DNA from: a virus
IMG/VR virus record: IMGVR_UViG_3300031673_000004
Coordinates: 32,001-96,000 of that record
Length of the DNA: 64,000 nucleotides
Strand: one strand, 5' to 3'
Shown: positions 34,301 to 44,800 of the stretch, one piece after another
Numbering within the stretch: the stretch's first letter is position 1
Layout: each line of letters starts with the position of its first letter
Made by a program: the position numbers and the translations under genes
Notes under the pieces: generated by a model
What the model was told of the DNA's origin: nothing
Databases searched by the model: none
The model's input: the letters and a program-made list of their open reading frames with translations, nothing else

Positions 34301-35082
34301 TTCTGCATAACATTAATGACCTCTATAAACTAAGACATCCTGATGCTGACACTCGCTACAATATAAAAATACGGAAGCATCTTACACATCTTTTCTTAAA
34401 AAAGCGTTGTCCTGGAGTAAATAAAACTGTAGATAAACTGATTGACCACGGGATCTACTCAGTACGAATAAATTCAATAAAAAAACTCAAAAAAGATACC
34501 GTGTATGATTTTGTAACAACAGGTGATAAGACGATGATAGCTAATGGATTCTTTTCACTTGACTGTGTTTTTGGACTTATGTTTGGGCGTGGGACAAAAT
34601 CTATATCAGAACAATACGGGATTTCTAGAGATGATGCAGATGCTATTAGAGATCTATTTTTCAAAACCTACCCCATGGCTGCACTATGGCTGGATAAACA
34701 AGTTGCCTTTGTCCAAACCTACGGATTCGTAAAAACATGGTTGGGCCGAGTACGTAGACTACCAGAAATACACAGTGACGACCATATGGTAAAAGCAGAA
34801 GCTGAGAGACAGACAAAGAACAGCCCGATCCAAGGACTAGCTTCAGATATGAATAATCACTTTATGGTTATGAATCTAAAGTTTGCTAAAAAGAAAAATA
34901 TTTACTGTTATCCTATGGGTACAATCCATGATGCTAATTATATACAAGTAAGGGAATCAGATGTAGATAGGCTAATTGAAGTAATGACCAAAGTAGTAAA
35001 TAGCTCTTTTCCAGGTTTTAGGTGCAAAATGGCATTAGATTTTGAAGTGGGAAAGACTCTCGGAACATTGAAAGGGGTATAA
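31366..35082 (+). CDS. polA: Family-4 uracil-DNA glycosylase fused to family A DNA polymerase (3'-5' exonuclease + polymerase), intein-containing
   Basis: VGEAPG.SED..G.PFVG, TNAVKC, HPAYILR (UDG); FDVETT, NLKYD, YAQGDAD (exo); TGRLSS.NPNFQN, ADLAQAE, NSPIQG, TIHDA (pol A). Confidence 0.93.
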   Translation: MGDPRKHCSIKCPRLNLDIGSPRLRGKGSRKAKILLVGEAPGQSEDIDGTPFVGSSGELLDDVLTELDINRKDIYITNAVKCATPVENKKPGKKEITACRRYLLKEIEVIKPNVIGCLGAIALEAVLKRKGITKLQNNVFQSEELQTKVVPVLHPAYILRNPGEYDNLLKGMLLIKQESRARERVVLAKTKTKWIDADTPKKIDKVLEQLENVDAFAFDVETTSLDPLIAKILLMALSWQIGLGVTIKWDRLSQEQKDRLQKIFISKKEKIGQNLKYDVQVLWVNNFRVKGPYFDTLPAIALIDENIPKKTLEVLTLRYLDLGEYWAPLDEFKAKYMKEHKIKKEDFNYGMIPYNILCTYAQGDADATYRLYVIFKKELIKQNLMDFYKKYTLPTLKILMRIERKGIKINRKKLKKIIKEYQGKVVISEKDIKTTTEVKKYQKIRFAHVSKQFKEKWEKSKTLRSRSSQIEYLKARVKKKDWKFNPKSSKQLRELLFDMLKLPVTKLTKTKQACTDASVLTILANSNQVEIAQKIITNRKLTKFLSTYLVSVYNKSKIDGRVHPSYMQHRAVTGRLSSENPNFQNIKRDAIEFKKCFLADPGMVILRADLAQAEFRCWAHYSNDQKMIHDIESGMDIHRKTASEIFGVPEDEVTKEQREAAKNCVAGDTWIPTITGFRKIATIKKGDIVLDHYNRPQKVKKTINKKDTMYVINTECGSLKCTKDHPFYILDQNANLITKTLSTLSTGDYILSCTPKNLQKKYVTWKYTGEKRTSFKPIFKKWKLNSKLGYLIGFIIAEGSISSKLGHKNVSWVQKGRFVEVIDKVSTEIFGDRVKRYTDKRTRVVTWKVSSLEFVEFLKYVGMCTDNKKGFKSFPDKMMESPPCVQKAFLQGYFLGDGTFKNHIACVGTVSKELRDGVCLLLRSFGIYPKVFIEHPKKGSDFYNIHITTQEELKILINTIKVSVPKNWTYPKQNNGRKFLHNINDLYKLRHPDADTRYNIKIRKHLTHLFLKKRCPGVNKTVDKLIDHGIYSVRINSIKKLKKDTVYDFVTTGDKTMIANGFFSLDCVFGLMFGRGTKSISEQYGISRDDADAIRDLFFKTYPMAALWLDKQVAFVQTYGFVKTWLGRVRRLPEIHSDDHMVKAEAERQTKNSPIQGLASDMNNHFMVMNLKFAKKKNIYCYPMGTIHDANYIQVRESDVDRLIEVMTKVVNSSFPGFRCKMALDFEVGKTLGTLKGV
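33355..34563 (+). mobile_element. LAGLIDADG intein in PolA motif B, ending in Asp
   Basis: AAKN|CVAGDT...TKDHPF...GFIIAEG...GYFLGDG...VYDF...NGFFSLD|CVFGLMFG. Confidence 0.88.
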
Positions 35083-35084
35083 TT

Positions 35085-37187
35085 ATGGCAAAGCAAAAAA
35101 AGAAAGATAAAACTAAGGTTGACTCTGTAGATCAACTAATAGTAAACATCCAGAAAGAGTACGGAAGGACAGCTATACGCCGAATGAACGATAAATCAAT
35201 TATAAAGGTAGATACAATTTCTACTGGGTCCATACTGGTTGATGAAGCCTTGGGAATAGGGGGATTCCCCCGTGGAAGGCTCGTAGAGGTATTCGGACCT
35301 GAAGGATCTGGAAAAGCACAGCCACTAGATGCAAAAATCCTAACGCCTATTGGGTGGAAAACTATGGGCGACATTCGCCCAGGCGATCTTATAATTGCGG
35401 CAGATGGCAATTCGGCTGTTGTCAGCGTGACATTTCCACAAGGTAAAAAAGACATATTTGAAATAGTTTTTTCAGATGGAAGTAAAACTGAATGTTGTAA
35501 AGACCACCTATGGACGGTACAAACTTGGGAGGACAAACAAAACAATTTATGGAGAATTTTGCCGTTATGCGAAATAGTGAAGGACTTCAAACTAAGCGAC
35601 AGATTAAAGTATATGATTCCATTAGTAGATCCCGTAACGTTTAGTAAGCAGGAAAAAGAATTACCATTAGATCCATACATTTTAGGAATGCTCCTCGGTG
35701 ACGGGAGTTTTTCGCAAGGAAGTACTATAAAATTTTCTACAGCGGATGCTGAACTGGTAACTTCATTACAAACATTTGCTAAACAAACTAAATTGAAAGT
35801 AAAGAAAATAGGTAAGAGTAAATATGATTACACAATTAGTAAAATTAAAAGGGGCCATAATAAATCGTGGCTAACAAAAACACTAGAAAAGCTTGGGTTG
35901 CATGGGCTACGATCTCACGAAAAGTTTATCCCTATAGAATACTTATATGCGTCAATCCAAGATAGAATGGCGATACTCCAAGGATTATTGGACACTGACG
36001 GGTCTATTAGTAACGGACACCGTATGGTAGAGTTTGTTACAACAAGTAGATTACTTGCTGAAGGTGTGCAACATTTGGTACAAAGTCTAGGGGGTAAAAC
36101 GGGCATATCGACTAAACAGACACATTATACCTACGCAGGAAATACATTATCAGGAAAACCTGCATATAGAATGTCCATACTAGCACCAAGAAACATAGCG
36201 TTATTTAGACTAACACGTAAATTACACAAATCTAAAATTTGTAAACAATTAGACTATCGAAGCAGGTGGATAGCAGGCATAAATTACATTGGTAAAAAAG
36301 AAGCCAAATGTATTTATGTAGATCACCCAGACCACCTGTACGTAACTAACGACTTTATCGTTACGCACAACACCACGTTATCACTGCATTGTATCGCAGA
36401 GGCGCAAAAATTAGGAGGAGAGGCACTATTTATAGACGCTGAACATGCGTTTGATCCGACTTTAGCTCAAAAGATCGGGGTAAACCCTGAATTACTTTCG
36501 ATCTGTCAGCCTGACTCTGGAGAGCAAGGCTTGGACGTTCTTGAGATGGGCGTAGCGTCTGGTAAACTGGCCATAGCAGTCGTAGATTCTGTCTCTGCAC
36601 TCGTCCCACAGGCTGAGATAGATGGAGACATGGCTGCGCAACAGATGGGCCTCCAGGCGCGTCTAATGGGCAAGGCAATGCGCAAAATCAATGGTTTTGT
36701 CTCTAAAACCAACACTTTAGTTATATTTATCAATCAACTAAGACAAAAAATTGGGGTAGTATTCGGAAATCCTGAAACGACCAGTGGTGGAAATGCCCTC
36801 AAGTTCTATGCAAGTATCCGCATGGACATTCGTAGAATTGGATCCATCAAGGAAAAAGGCAAGAAAAAAGATAAAGATGAAAAAGCAGAGGTTAAAATTA
36901 TAGGTAACAAAGTAAGAATAAAAATTATTAAGAACAAATTAGCTCCACCCTTCAAAACAATAGAAACAGATCTTATCTTTGGGCATGGATTTAATAAAGA
37001 AGGAGAAATTCTTGATCTCGGGTATGATTTAGATGTCTTAGAAATGCAGGGAGCTTGGTATAATTATAAGGACGAAAGAATAGGACAGGGTAAGCCCAAT
37101 GCATGTAAAGTATTAAGAAAGACACCTAAGTTACTAAGGGCTATTGTAGCGGACATTCACAAGGCGCAAGCAGATGAAAATAGCTAA
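35085..37187 (+). CDS. recA: RecA recombinase, intein-containing
   Basis: [19 protein letters not shown]|[40 protein letters not shown]. Confidence 0.97.
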   Translation: MAKQKKKDKTKVDSVDQLIVNIQKEYGRTAIRRMNDKSIIKVDTISTGSILVDEALGIGGFPRGRLVEVFGPEGSGKAQPLDAKILTPIGWKTMGDIRPGDLIIAADGNSAVVSVTFPQGKKDIFEIVFSDGSKTECCKDHLWTVQTWEDKQNNLWRILPLCEIVKDFKLSDRLKYMIPLVDPVTFSKQEKELPLDPYILGMLLGDGSFSQGSTIKFSTADAELVTSLQTFAKQTKLKVKKIGKSKYDYTISKIKRGHNKSWLTKTLEKLGLHGLRSHEKFIPIEYLYASIQDRMAILQGLLDTDGSISNGHRMVEFVTTSRLLAEGVQHLVQSLGGKTGISTKQTHYTYAGNTLSGKPAYRMSILAPRNIALFRLTRKLHKSKICKQLDYRSRWIAGINYIGKKEAKCIYVDHPDHLYVTNDFIVTHNTTLSLHCIAEAQKLGGEALFIDAEHAFDPTLAQKIGVNPELLSICQPDSGEQGLDVLEMGVASGKLAIAVVDSVSALVPQAEIDGDMAAQQMGLQARLMGKAMRKINGFVSKTNTLVIFINQLRQKIGVVFGNPETTSGGNALKFYASIRMDIRRIGSIKEKGKKKDKDEKAEVKIIGNKVRIKIIKNKLAPPFKTIETDLIFGHGFNKEGEILDLGYDLDVLEMQGAWYNYKDERIGQGKPNACKVLRKTPKLLRAIVADIHKAQADENS
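35316..36371 (+). mobile_element. Ala-initiated class 3 LAGLIDADG intein in RecA Walker A
   Basis: GSGK|AQPLDAK...DHLW...GMLLGDG...GLLDTDG...KCIYV...IVTHN|TT; W, C and T triplet present. Confidence 0.9.
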
Positions 37188-37479
37188 ACATTATGATACA
37201 ACGCTTTCACATAAGTTTCCTAATGGAGATATTGCCACAGTCCGGTTAGGAACACTCATAGAGGTGGATACTGTCCTAGACACCGCATCTGATTCTGATA
37301 TTGATAAATTCAGTGCGAAGCTGTCAAAACGGACATATAAACTAACAATGAAGGATATTAAACGTTTCTCAAAAGAAGACCCTCTTGTGAAAGCAGTATG
37401 TGTTGGAGTGCAGGAGGGCATGCAAATTGTAGACACTGAAAAAGAGGCCATGCGCATCCTCGAAGAAAACGATGACTAA
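37174..37479 (+). CDS. Hypothetical protein
   Basis: 101-aa ORF overlapping both neighbours. Confidence 0.65.
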   Translation: MKIAKHYDTTLSHKFPNGDIATVRLGTLIEVDTVLDTASDSDIDKFSAKLSKRTYKLTMKDIKRFSKEDPLVKAVCVGVQEGMQIVDTEKEAMRILEENDD

Positions 37480-38044
37480 AAAAATAAAAAAGAACTATGC
37501 AGCAACGGTTGTAACCGGGGATCTTGATGAATTGAACGAAAAGGATAAACTTTCCTTTTTGAAACAGGAGTATAAAGTAGCAAAGGACACAGTTATTGAC
37601 TATGCCAGAGCAAAAGCAGAAATTCAAAAATACATTGTGCAATTACCGACACATCCAGATTATGTAGACCTTTCAGAAATAAATACATTATATGCACTTG
37701 CACAATCATATTCATCTAGAGTAACTGCTATCGAGGTACTCGCAATTGACAATCATGCCAGATGGAAACGTTTGGTAGATTTGTTGGAAGCATATATAGA
37801 AGATAAACGCAGTGAGTTACTAGTATCTGAAGAATTTGAGGACTACACAGTTCAAAAGGCAGAAGCTAAGGCGCATACCCTACTAAAGAAAGAGCACAAG
37901 ACTCTACATGGACTGAAGAACAAGATGACAGAAGCTGAAAGTTTTTATCGTATGATTACGACTAAGAAAAAGGATTTAACCTCAGTCTTAACAACTCTTG
38001 GTAAGCAAGTGAAAGCATTGTCTCTCGAAAAATCAATCCAGTAA
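37472..38044 (+). CDS. Helical/coiled-coil protein, possibly UvsY-like recombination mediator
   Basis: All-helical pattern; lies between recA and the SSB-like gene (context inference). Confidence 0.5.
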   Translation: MTKKIKKNYAATVVTGDLDELNEKDKLSFLKQEYKVAKDTVIDYARAKAEIQKYIVQLPTHPDYVDLSEINTLYALAQSYSSRVTAIEVLAIDNHARWKRLVDLLEAYIEDKRSELLVSEEFEDYTVQKAEAKAHTLLKKEHKTLHGLKNKMTEAESFYRMITTKKKDLTSVLTTLGKQVKALSLEKSIQ

Positions 38045-38060
38045 ACAAGGAGAAAGAAAA

Positions 38061-38849
38061 ATGGCACTGAAGATAAAACGAACAGAGCAGGTGCACGTAG
38101 ATGAGGGAGATTATAAAGCAATAGTTTCTGACATCAAAGAACAAAAAGGAAATTGGGGGAACTACTACATCTGGACTTTCATTGTTAAAGGGGCGACAGA
38201 TGAAGGAGAGGAAATCGAGGGACCAGCTAAAGTAACAGGGATAACCTCAGAAATTTTTTCAAGTGGGTCTAAACTGTGCAAATGGGCTGGGGCAGCAGGG
38301 ATCGATGTAGATGATGATGAGATCGATTTAGATGAGGCAAAAAAGGCTATAGTAAAAGTTTACATCGAGGATGAGGAAAGCTCAAAAGACGGAAGGATTT
38401 TCTCAAGGGTCACAAAAGTAAAGAAATTTAGAAAAGGAAAAAAGGTAGAGGAAGAGGAAGAGGAAGAGGAAGAGGAAGAAGAAGAAGAGAAACCAAAGAA
38501 AAAGAGTACAAAGAAAGCTACAAAGAAATCTAAGAAGAAAGCTGCGCCTGTAGAGGAAGAGGAAGAGGAAGAGGAAGAGGAAGAGGAAGAGGAAGAGAAA
38601 CCAAAGAAAAAAGGTACAAGGAAAGCTCCGAAAAAGGGGGCAAAGAAGGCTAAGCCTGTAGAGGAAGAGGAAGAGGAAGAGGAAGAGGAAGAGGAAGAGG
38701 AAGAGGAAGAGGAAGAAGAAGAGAAACCAAAGAAAAAGAGTACAAAAAAAACTAAGAAGAAAAAAGAGACGGAAGACGAAGAAGAAGGGGAAGAAGGGGA
38801 AGAAGAGGAAGAAGACGAGGCACTTTTCAACTTTGAAGACGATGATTGA
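38061..38849 (+). CDS. SSB-like (OB-fold-like) protein with alternating poly-Glu and Lys-rich blocks
   Basis: VDEGDYKAIV...YYIWTF beta-rich N-terminus; three En-KPKKK repeats; acidic tip LFNFEDDD; AAGGAG upstream. Confidence 0.6.
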   Translation: MALKIKRTEQVHVDEGDYKAIVSDIKEQKGNWGNYYIWTFIVKGATDEGEEIEGPAKVTGITSEIFSSGSKLCKWAGAAGIDVDDDEIDLDEAKKAIVKVYIEDEESSKDGRIFSRVTKVKKFRKGKKVEEEEEEEEEEEEEEKPKKKSTKKATKKSKKKAAPVEEEEEEEEEEEEEEEKPKKKGTRKAPKKGAKKAKPVEEEEEEEEEEEEEEEEEEEEEKPKKKSTKKTKKKKETEDEEEGEEGEEEEEDEALFNFEDDD

Positions 38850-39913
38850 TGGTAGGGATTTTACATACGGCAGATCTGCACAGGGGTGCGCATTCTGCGC
38901 ACCCCATTTATAATACTCGGGTTATCCCCGAGTTAGTGAATTTAGCTATAAGAAAACAGTGCGAGTACATACTTGTCGTCGGTGATATTTTCGATAAAGC
39001 TAAGCCAGACCAAACAGTAAAAGATTATTTAGTTAGACAGCTACTGGATGCAAAACAACAAATCAACTTTATTTTTGTACCTGGAAACCATGACTACACG
39101 ACTAAAGCATTGGAGTATCATTCACTAAACTATCTATTATATCTGCGAGAGGCCAGTAACTACAAAGTAAATATACAGGTAGTAGAACCTGGAGAGTATA
39201 GCACATTCAAAAATCTAAGCGTTTTTGTTATGCAGGAATGGGGAAATGTAGACATAGCTGCAAAGGAAAATAATGGAACTAAGCCACTGATAATTGCATG
39301 GCATGGGCTCGTGCCTGGGTTACAATTTTCAAATATTGTGCATGTCCCCAAGGAAACAACTAACTCTATAAAAAAAATTTTATCAAGCACGAATGCACAA
39401 TACATTGCATTGGGAGATATTCATCAGCCCATAGAACTACACCAACGCTGCTGGTACCCAGGTCCACCTGTTCAAAAGGCATATTCAGACAAAGACGGTG
39501 TATTATTGGTTACAATGAACATGCAAAAAATCACGGTAAAAAAGTACCAACTTCCACTACCAAAAAAAATTACATTAGAAGTTGCATTTGAAGAAGGGGT
39601 TGATTCTGAAGAGACTATTATAGAATTTATAACAAACAAAGTTCCTGCCAATAATTTTCTGAAGTTGAAGTTTGAGTTACCACTAAAAGTGTGGGGGGCG
39701 CTTAACCGAAGTTACATCCAAGAGACACTAAAGGATCATTGTTTAGAAATAAAATTGGAGAATGATCCTATTCCAGATGCTCACATTCGTAAATCTATAG
39801 AAAAAGTTTCAAAAGCAAAATCGCTTCAACAAGAGATAGATATAGTTTTAGACGAAGAAAACTATGGACTAGATAAAGATAAACTTAGAAAAACATGTAG
39901 AAAATATCTATGA
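38846..39913 (+). CDS. sbcD: SbcD/Mre11-like metallophosphoesterase nuclease
   Basis: HTADLH, VGDIFD, PGNHD, AWHG, ALGDIH, YPGPP. Confidence 0.9.
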   Translation: MMVGILHTADLHRGAHSAHPIYNTRVIPELVNLAIRKQCEYILVVGDIFDKAKPDQTVKDYLVRQLLDAKQQINFIFVPGNHDYTTKALEYHSLNYLLYLREASNYKVNIQVVEPGEYSTFKNLSVFVMQEWGNVDIAAKENNGTKPLIIAWHGLVPGLQFSNIVHVPKETTNSIKKILSSTNAQYIALGDIHQPIELHQRCWYPGPPVQKAYSDKDGVLLVTMNMQKITVKKYQLPLPKKITLEVAFEEGVDSEETIIEFITNKVPANNFLKLKFELPLKVWGALNRSYIQETLKDHCLEIKLENDPIPDAHIRKSIEKVSKAKSLQQEIDIVLDEENYGLDKDKLRKTCRKYL

Positions 39914-41856
39914 TAGAATTACAAAAATTAACGTTAGACGGATGGCTGAGTTACGATAAGGCAACTTTCAAACTCAACAATCCAGGTATAACTAGAATCC
40001 ATGGAGAGATCGGATCAGGAAAATCAGCTATATTAGAGGCCATATTTTACCTATTATTCGGAAAAACACTCAGGGGTAAGGAAAGCGTAGATAATCTCGT
40101 AAATAAAATTTTGCAGCAGGGCTACGATATAGCGCTATGGTATACACTAGACACTATCCCATATGCAGTACGTGAGATACGGGGACGAGCGAACCACGGG
40201 TTATACTTCTACAAATATAGTAAAGATTTACGCGGAAAGTCTGATCCGGAGACACGAAAAATAATTCTAGAGACTTTGGGAATGAGTGCTGACGACTTTA
40301 GATCGATTGCATTTTTGGGGCAACGACAAACACAGCTTCTAGTAGAAGGTAAGCCTGCAGAACGGGCACATGCTATTATAGATATATTTTCTTTAAATAA
40401 ATATGATGAACTTATTACGGGTTGTGATGTAGATCTAAAAGAGGCTGTACAGGAAAAGAAAAATTTAGCAGCAGATTCTGAACGATATGCACAGGAACTG
40501 GAGAATCTAGAGAATTCCCTACTAGATGATGTCACCTTGGAGGATGTCGATCCAAGAGATTTACCCATACTAGAAGATAAAATTGATACTGTGGTCAAAA
40601 AAATATCTAAAATTAGACGTATGGCAGAGCAAGTCCAGAATATAATAACCAAAGTAAGTATGCTAGACGAACAACGGCAACATGCCCGTAAGCTGTCTAT
40701 TGAAATAAAGAAATTAAAAGAGGAACGTGCTAGATACAACAAACCAGATTCAGATATTACCGAAATAGAAGATGCACTAGACGAGCTACAACAAGAATAT
40801 GCAAGTATAAAACACAAGCTTACGCATGCCACGAATGAAATAAAAAATGCTAAGGCTATGACAAACTTGTGCCCCATTAATGCAGAACGATGCCCAGTTA
40901 ATGTTCCTTTGGAAAATAAGGAAGCGGTAATAAAAAAGTTTACCAGTCATGCAAAAAAGGCGCAGGAAGAAGGGCAGATCATTGATAAGGAAATAAGCAA
41001 AGCTAAAAGGACTATCCAACTTATAAAAACATGTGAAACGATAGAAGCAGCTATAGAGGAAAAGAAAGATTCTATAAGACAAGCTCAGAATGTAGAATTG
41101 GAGAAAATAAATATCAACGATGAGAAGAATAAATTCCAGAAATATAAAGATACTATCGACCATGGCAACAAAAAGCTAAACGAGTTAATGAATGCACGCA
41201 CTGAGTTAAAAACCACATTAGCTGTTACCCAGGAGAGGCGATCAATACAAGAAAAGATAAATGTAGCCTTAGCTGAAAAAGAGAAAGCAGTAATAGATCT
41301 AAAAACTCAAGTAAATGCGAAGAGTGTTGAAGCACAGTACCTTGCTGGTGCATTGTCTATTTTCAAGAAAATGAAGATGTACAAAATTGACTTAGTTCTG
41401 CAATTACTCAACGTACATCTTAAAGATGTGCTCGAAAAAATCTCCAATGAGGAGTACAAGGCTGAGTTCGTCTCTCAACGTACCGGATCTAACAAAAAGA
41501 AAAAATTAGATAAAATAGGTATTTTAGTCTATGATAGCTATAAAGTAATACCGATTGAACTTTGTTCTGAGGGGCAAGCCACAGAAGTGGGTTTAGCAGT
41601 ATTATTAAGTACATGGAAGACCGCAAACTCTATATCGCAGAAAGGCGTGTCCTCGTTGTGGTTGGATGAAGTCTTCGGGCCATTAAACGAGGAAATTATA
41701 CATAGAATATTTGATACAGTCATTGAAATCGCTAAGGAACTGGGTGCAACTTCAATAAAGGTAATATCTCATAGAGATCTAGATTCTCGTTTATTTGACT
41801 ACTTTTGGGATTTGAAAAGAATAGATGGAATAACCACTGTTAGGAGTACTACATGA
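39910..41856 (+). CDS. sbcC: SbcC/Rad50-like SMC ATPase
   Basis: GEIGSGKS, long coiled coil, CP.....CP hook, CSEGQ signature, LWLDE, VISH. Confidence 0.9.
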   Translation: MIELQKLTLDGWLSYDKATFKLNNPGITRIHGEIGSGKSAILEAIFYLLFGKTLRGKESVDNLVNKILQQGYDIALWYTLDTIPYAVREIRGRANHGLYFYKYSKDLRGKSDPETRKIILETLGMSADDFRSIAFLGQRQTQLLVEGKPAERAHAIIDIFSLNKYDELITGCDVDLKEAVQEKKNLAADSERYAQELENLENSLLDDVTLEDVDPRDLPILEDKIDTVVKKISKIRRMAEQVQNIITKVSMLDEQRQHARKLSIEIKKLKEERARYNKPDSDITEIEDALDELQQEYASIKHKLTHATNEIKNAKAMTNLCPINAERCPVNVPLENKEAVIKKFTSHAKKAQEEGQIIDKEISKAKRTIQLIKTCETIEAAIEEKKDSIRQAQNVELEKININDEKNKFQKYKDTIDHGNKKLNELMNARTELKTTLAVTQERRSIQEKINVALAEKEKAVIDLKTQVNAKSVEAQYLAGALSIFKKMKMYKIDLVLQLLNVHLKDVLEKISNEEYKAEFVSQRTGSNKKKKLDKIGILVYDSYKVIPIELCSEGQATEVGLAVLLSTWKTANSISQKGVSSLWLDEVFGPLNEEIIHRIFDTVIEIAKELGATSIKVISHRDLDSRLFDYFWDLKRIDGITTVRSTT

Positions 41857-44800
41857 CAATCCTAAATGAATTGGCTCAACAAATATTAGCAGCAAAATAT
41901 TACACGGACGAAGAAACTACCCCAGAACAACTATTCATGAGAGTCGCAAAAGTTGCGGCCATTCCTGACGTTATAGATCGCTTTGTACAAAAAGATGGCA
42001 CAATTGCGAGTAATTTGGGTGATTATTTTAAACCATATACAGATATATTTAACCGGGTTATTGCACGCAGAGGATATACCATTGATGCAGCCCTAGGAGC
42101 AAAAGAAATTGCAAGCGAGTATTGGGGAGAGGAAACCAAAAAATATTATGATGCTATGTGTAATTTGGAGTTTATGCCAGCAACACCAACTCTAATAAAT
42201 GCAGGACGATCCATTGGAATGCTTTCCAGTTGTTTCTTTTTGCGGGTTCCAGATTCACTGGAAGGGATCATGGAGACAAATAAGCAGACCGCTATAATTG
42301 CAAAAATGGGAGGTGGAGTTGGGTTAGATATCTCTGAGCTACGTCCTAAAGGCTCTCCAGTAGGTACAACTTCAAAAGGAGTATCGAGCGGGCCAGTTAG
42401 TTTTTTACGCATATTCAATGAGACGGGAATGCAGGTCCAACAAGGCGGAGTACGGCGTGCCGCAATGATTGCAGTCATGGTTATTAATCACCCAGATATA
42501 CTTGAATTTATAAAATGTAAAGAGGAAGAGGGGGTTCTATCAAATTTCAACATATCGGTATTAATTCCCGATACCTTTATGGAAGCAATCGAGGTACATC
42601 CCGAAAATATTTGGATTTGTGAATGGAAAAATACACAATATATAATAAATAAAGAAACAGATATTCCTGAGTTATATGATGCTAACCAGCCTATCGATAT
42701 TGAAGAATACTATCGTGTTAAAGATATTTGGGAAATCATTGTAGATAAGGCATGGCATAATGGGGAGCCTGGAATTGTCTTTTGGGATGAAGTTAATCGT
42801 AAAGATATATTCAAAGGGAAGTTCGGTAAATTAGGGTTAAATCCGTGTGTACCAAAAGACACTTGGATTATGACCCTTAAGGGGCCAAGACAAGTAGCTG
42901 ATTTACTTACTAAGGATTTTTCTGCAGCGATAGATGGTGAAAATTTTCCTGCTAGAAAATTCATTAAAACAGGGAGTAAACAGTTAGTAAGAATAACCAC
43001 AAAAGAGGGATTTCAAGTAAAAACTACATTAAATCACTTGTTTAGAAAAGTAATCGGAAAAAGACATGTCAGAGATCCTAATAATTACAACGGAACACGA
43101 TTAACAGACTACTATGAGGACTGGGTTCCTGCAGGAGAGTTAAACCCAGGTGATACAGTCCGCATGCATCATCATAAAAATCTTCCCGTATGGAAAGGCC
43201 CTGGCACGTATTCTGACGGTTATTTATTAGGATTACTAATTGGTGATGGCTACTTAACAAAAACCAATGTAGGAAAAATAGAAATATGGGATGATGCAGG
43301 ATCACAAGAAATGATAGACAAAGTATTAGAATTTGTAAAAACACTGCATAAGCGATCTGATTTCAAGGGATTTAATTATGCAGAAAAAACAAAAAAGCAT
43401 ACGTTAACATTAGCTGCACTACATAAGCTAGCTAAGCATTATGGTGCTGTACAGGGAAATAAGCATCTTACTGAAAAAATTGAAAAGACATCATATGCTT
43501 TTCACGTTGGTTTCCTGCGAGGATTTTTTGATGCAGATGGATCTGTGCAGGGAACACAGGAAAAGGGTGTATCAGTAAGAGTAGGGCAAAGTTCAATAGA
43601 TGATTTACGTATAGTGCAGCGCATGCTCCTACGGATTGGTATCTATTCAAAAATTTATAAACGACGAGAGGCAGGTATTCACTACTTACCCGACTCAAAC
43701 AGGAACTTGGCACCCTACCCGGTAAAAGCCTCTTTTGAATTAATTATTAGTGGAGAAGGCTTAGAAATATTTCTTAATAAAATATCATTCTACCATACGC
43801 AAAAAAGAGAACTATTGACTAATAAGGTATGCAATTATAAACGCAATATTAATAAAATGAAGTTTATTGCCACAGTTGAACATATTGAATTACTTCCAGC
43901 AGAGAACGTGTACGATACAACAGTACCGCTCATCCATGCGTTTGATGGCAATGGGTTTTACCTACACAATTGCAGTGAACAATTTCTTGTAGAAAAAGAT
44001 TCTTGTTCATTGGCAGCTATCAATCTTGGCGTATGCTGGTACTATTCAGAAAGAGATAAACGAGTTCGTGTTGATTATGACAGATTAGAAGCTCTTATTA
44101 AATTGGGAGTTCAATTTTTAGATAACACCTTGGACATAAATTCTTTTCCACTACCGGAGATTGAAGAGCAGACGTTAAAGATACGCCGCATTGGGCTAGG
44201 CACCATGGGGCTGCATGATCTCATGCTACGCAAGGAAATAAGGTATGGATCTAAAGAAAGTTTAAGTTTAATTGACAATATTTATTCTTTTATAGAAAAA
44301 ACTGCGCGAAATACATCTACCCAATTAGGATCAATTCGAGGAGTTCCTGATGCGCTAAAAGAATTTAATGTAAGGAACGCAGGATTATTAACAGTGCAAC
44401 CAACGGGAACAGTTTCTATAATATGTAATCAAACGTCCCCAGGAATTGAACCTGTATTTCAGTGGAGTTTTACCCGAAAAGATAGTTATGGAACACATCA
44501 AATGAAACACTTTATACTGGAAAAATTTCCAAATGAATTACCTAGTTATGCAGTTACAGCGTTGGATATCCCCCCTAGAGAACATGTACTAGTTCAAGCC
44601 CAGATCCAAAAATATATAGACAGTGGGATCTCCAAGTGCCTAGCTAAAGGTACGTTAATACCAACTAACAAGGGAATTATACCAATTGAAAATCTGGGTA
44701 TAAATAATATTCCAAGGACTTTCGGAAAACCATTAAAGGATTTAGAAGTATTTAGCGAGGATAAAAATTGGCACAAAGTTAACTCATTTTATTTTGGTGG

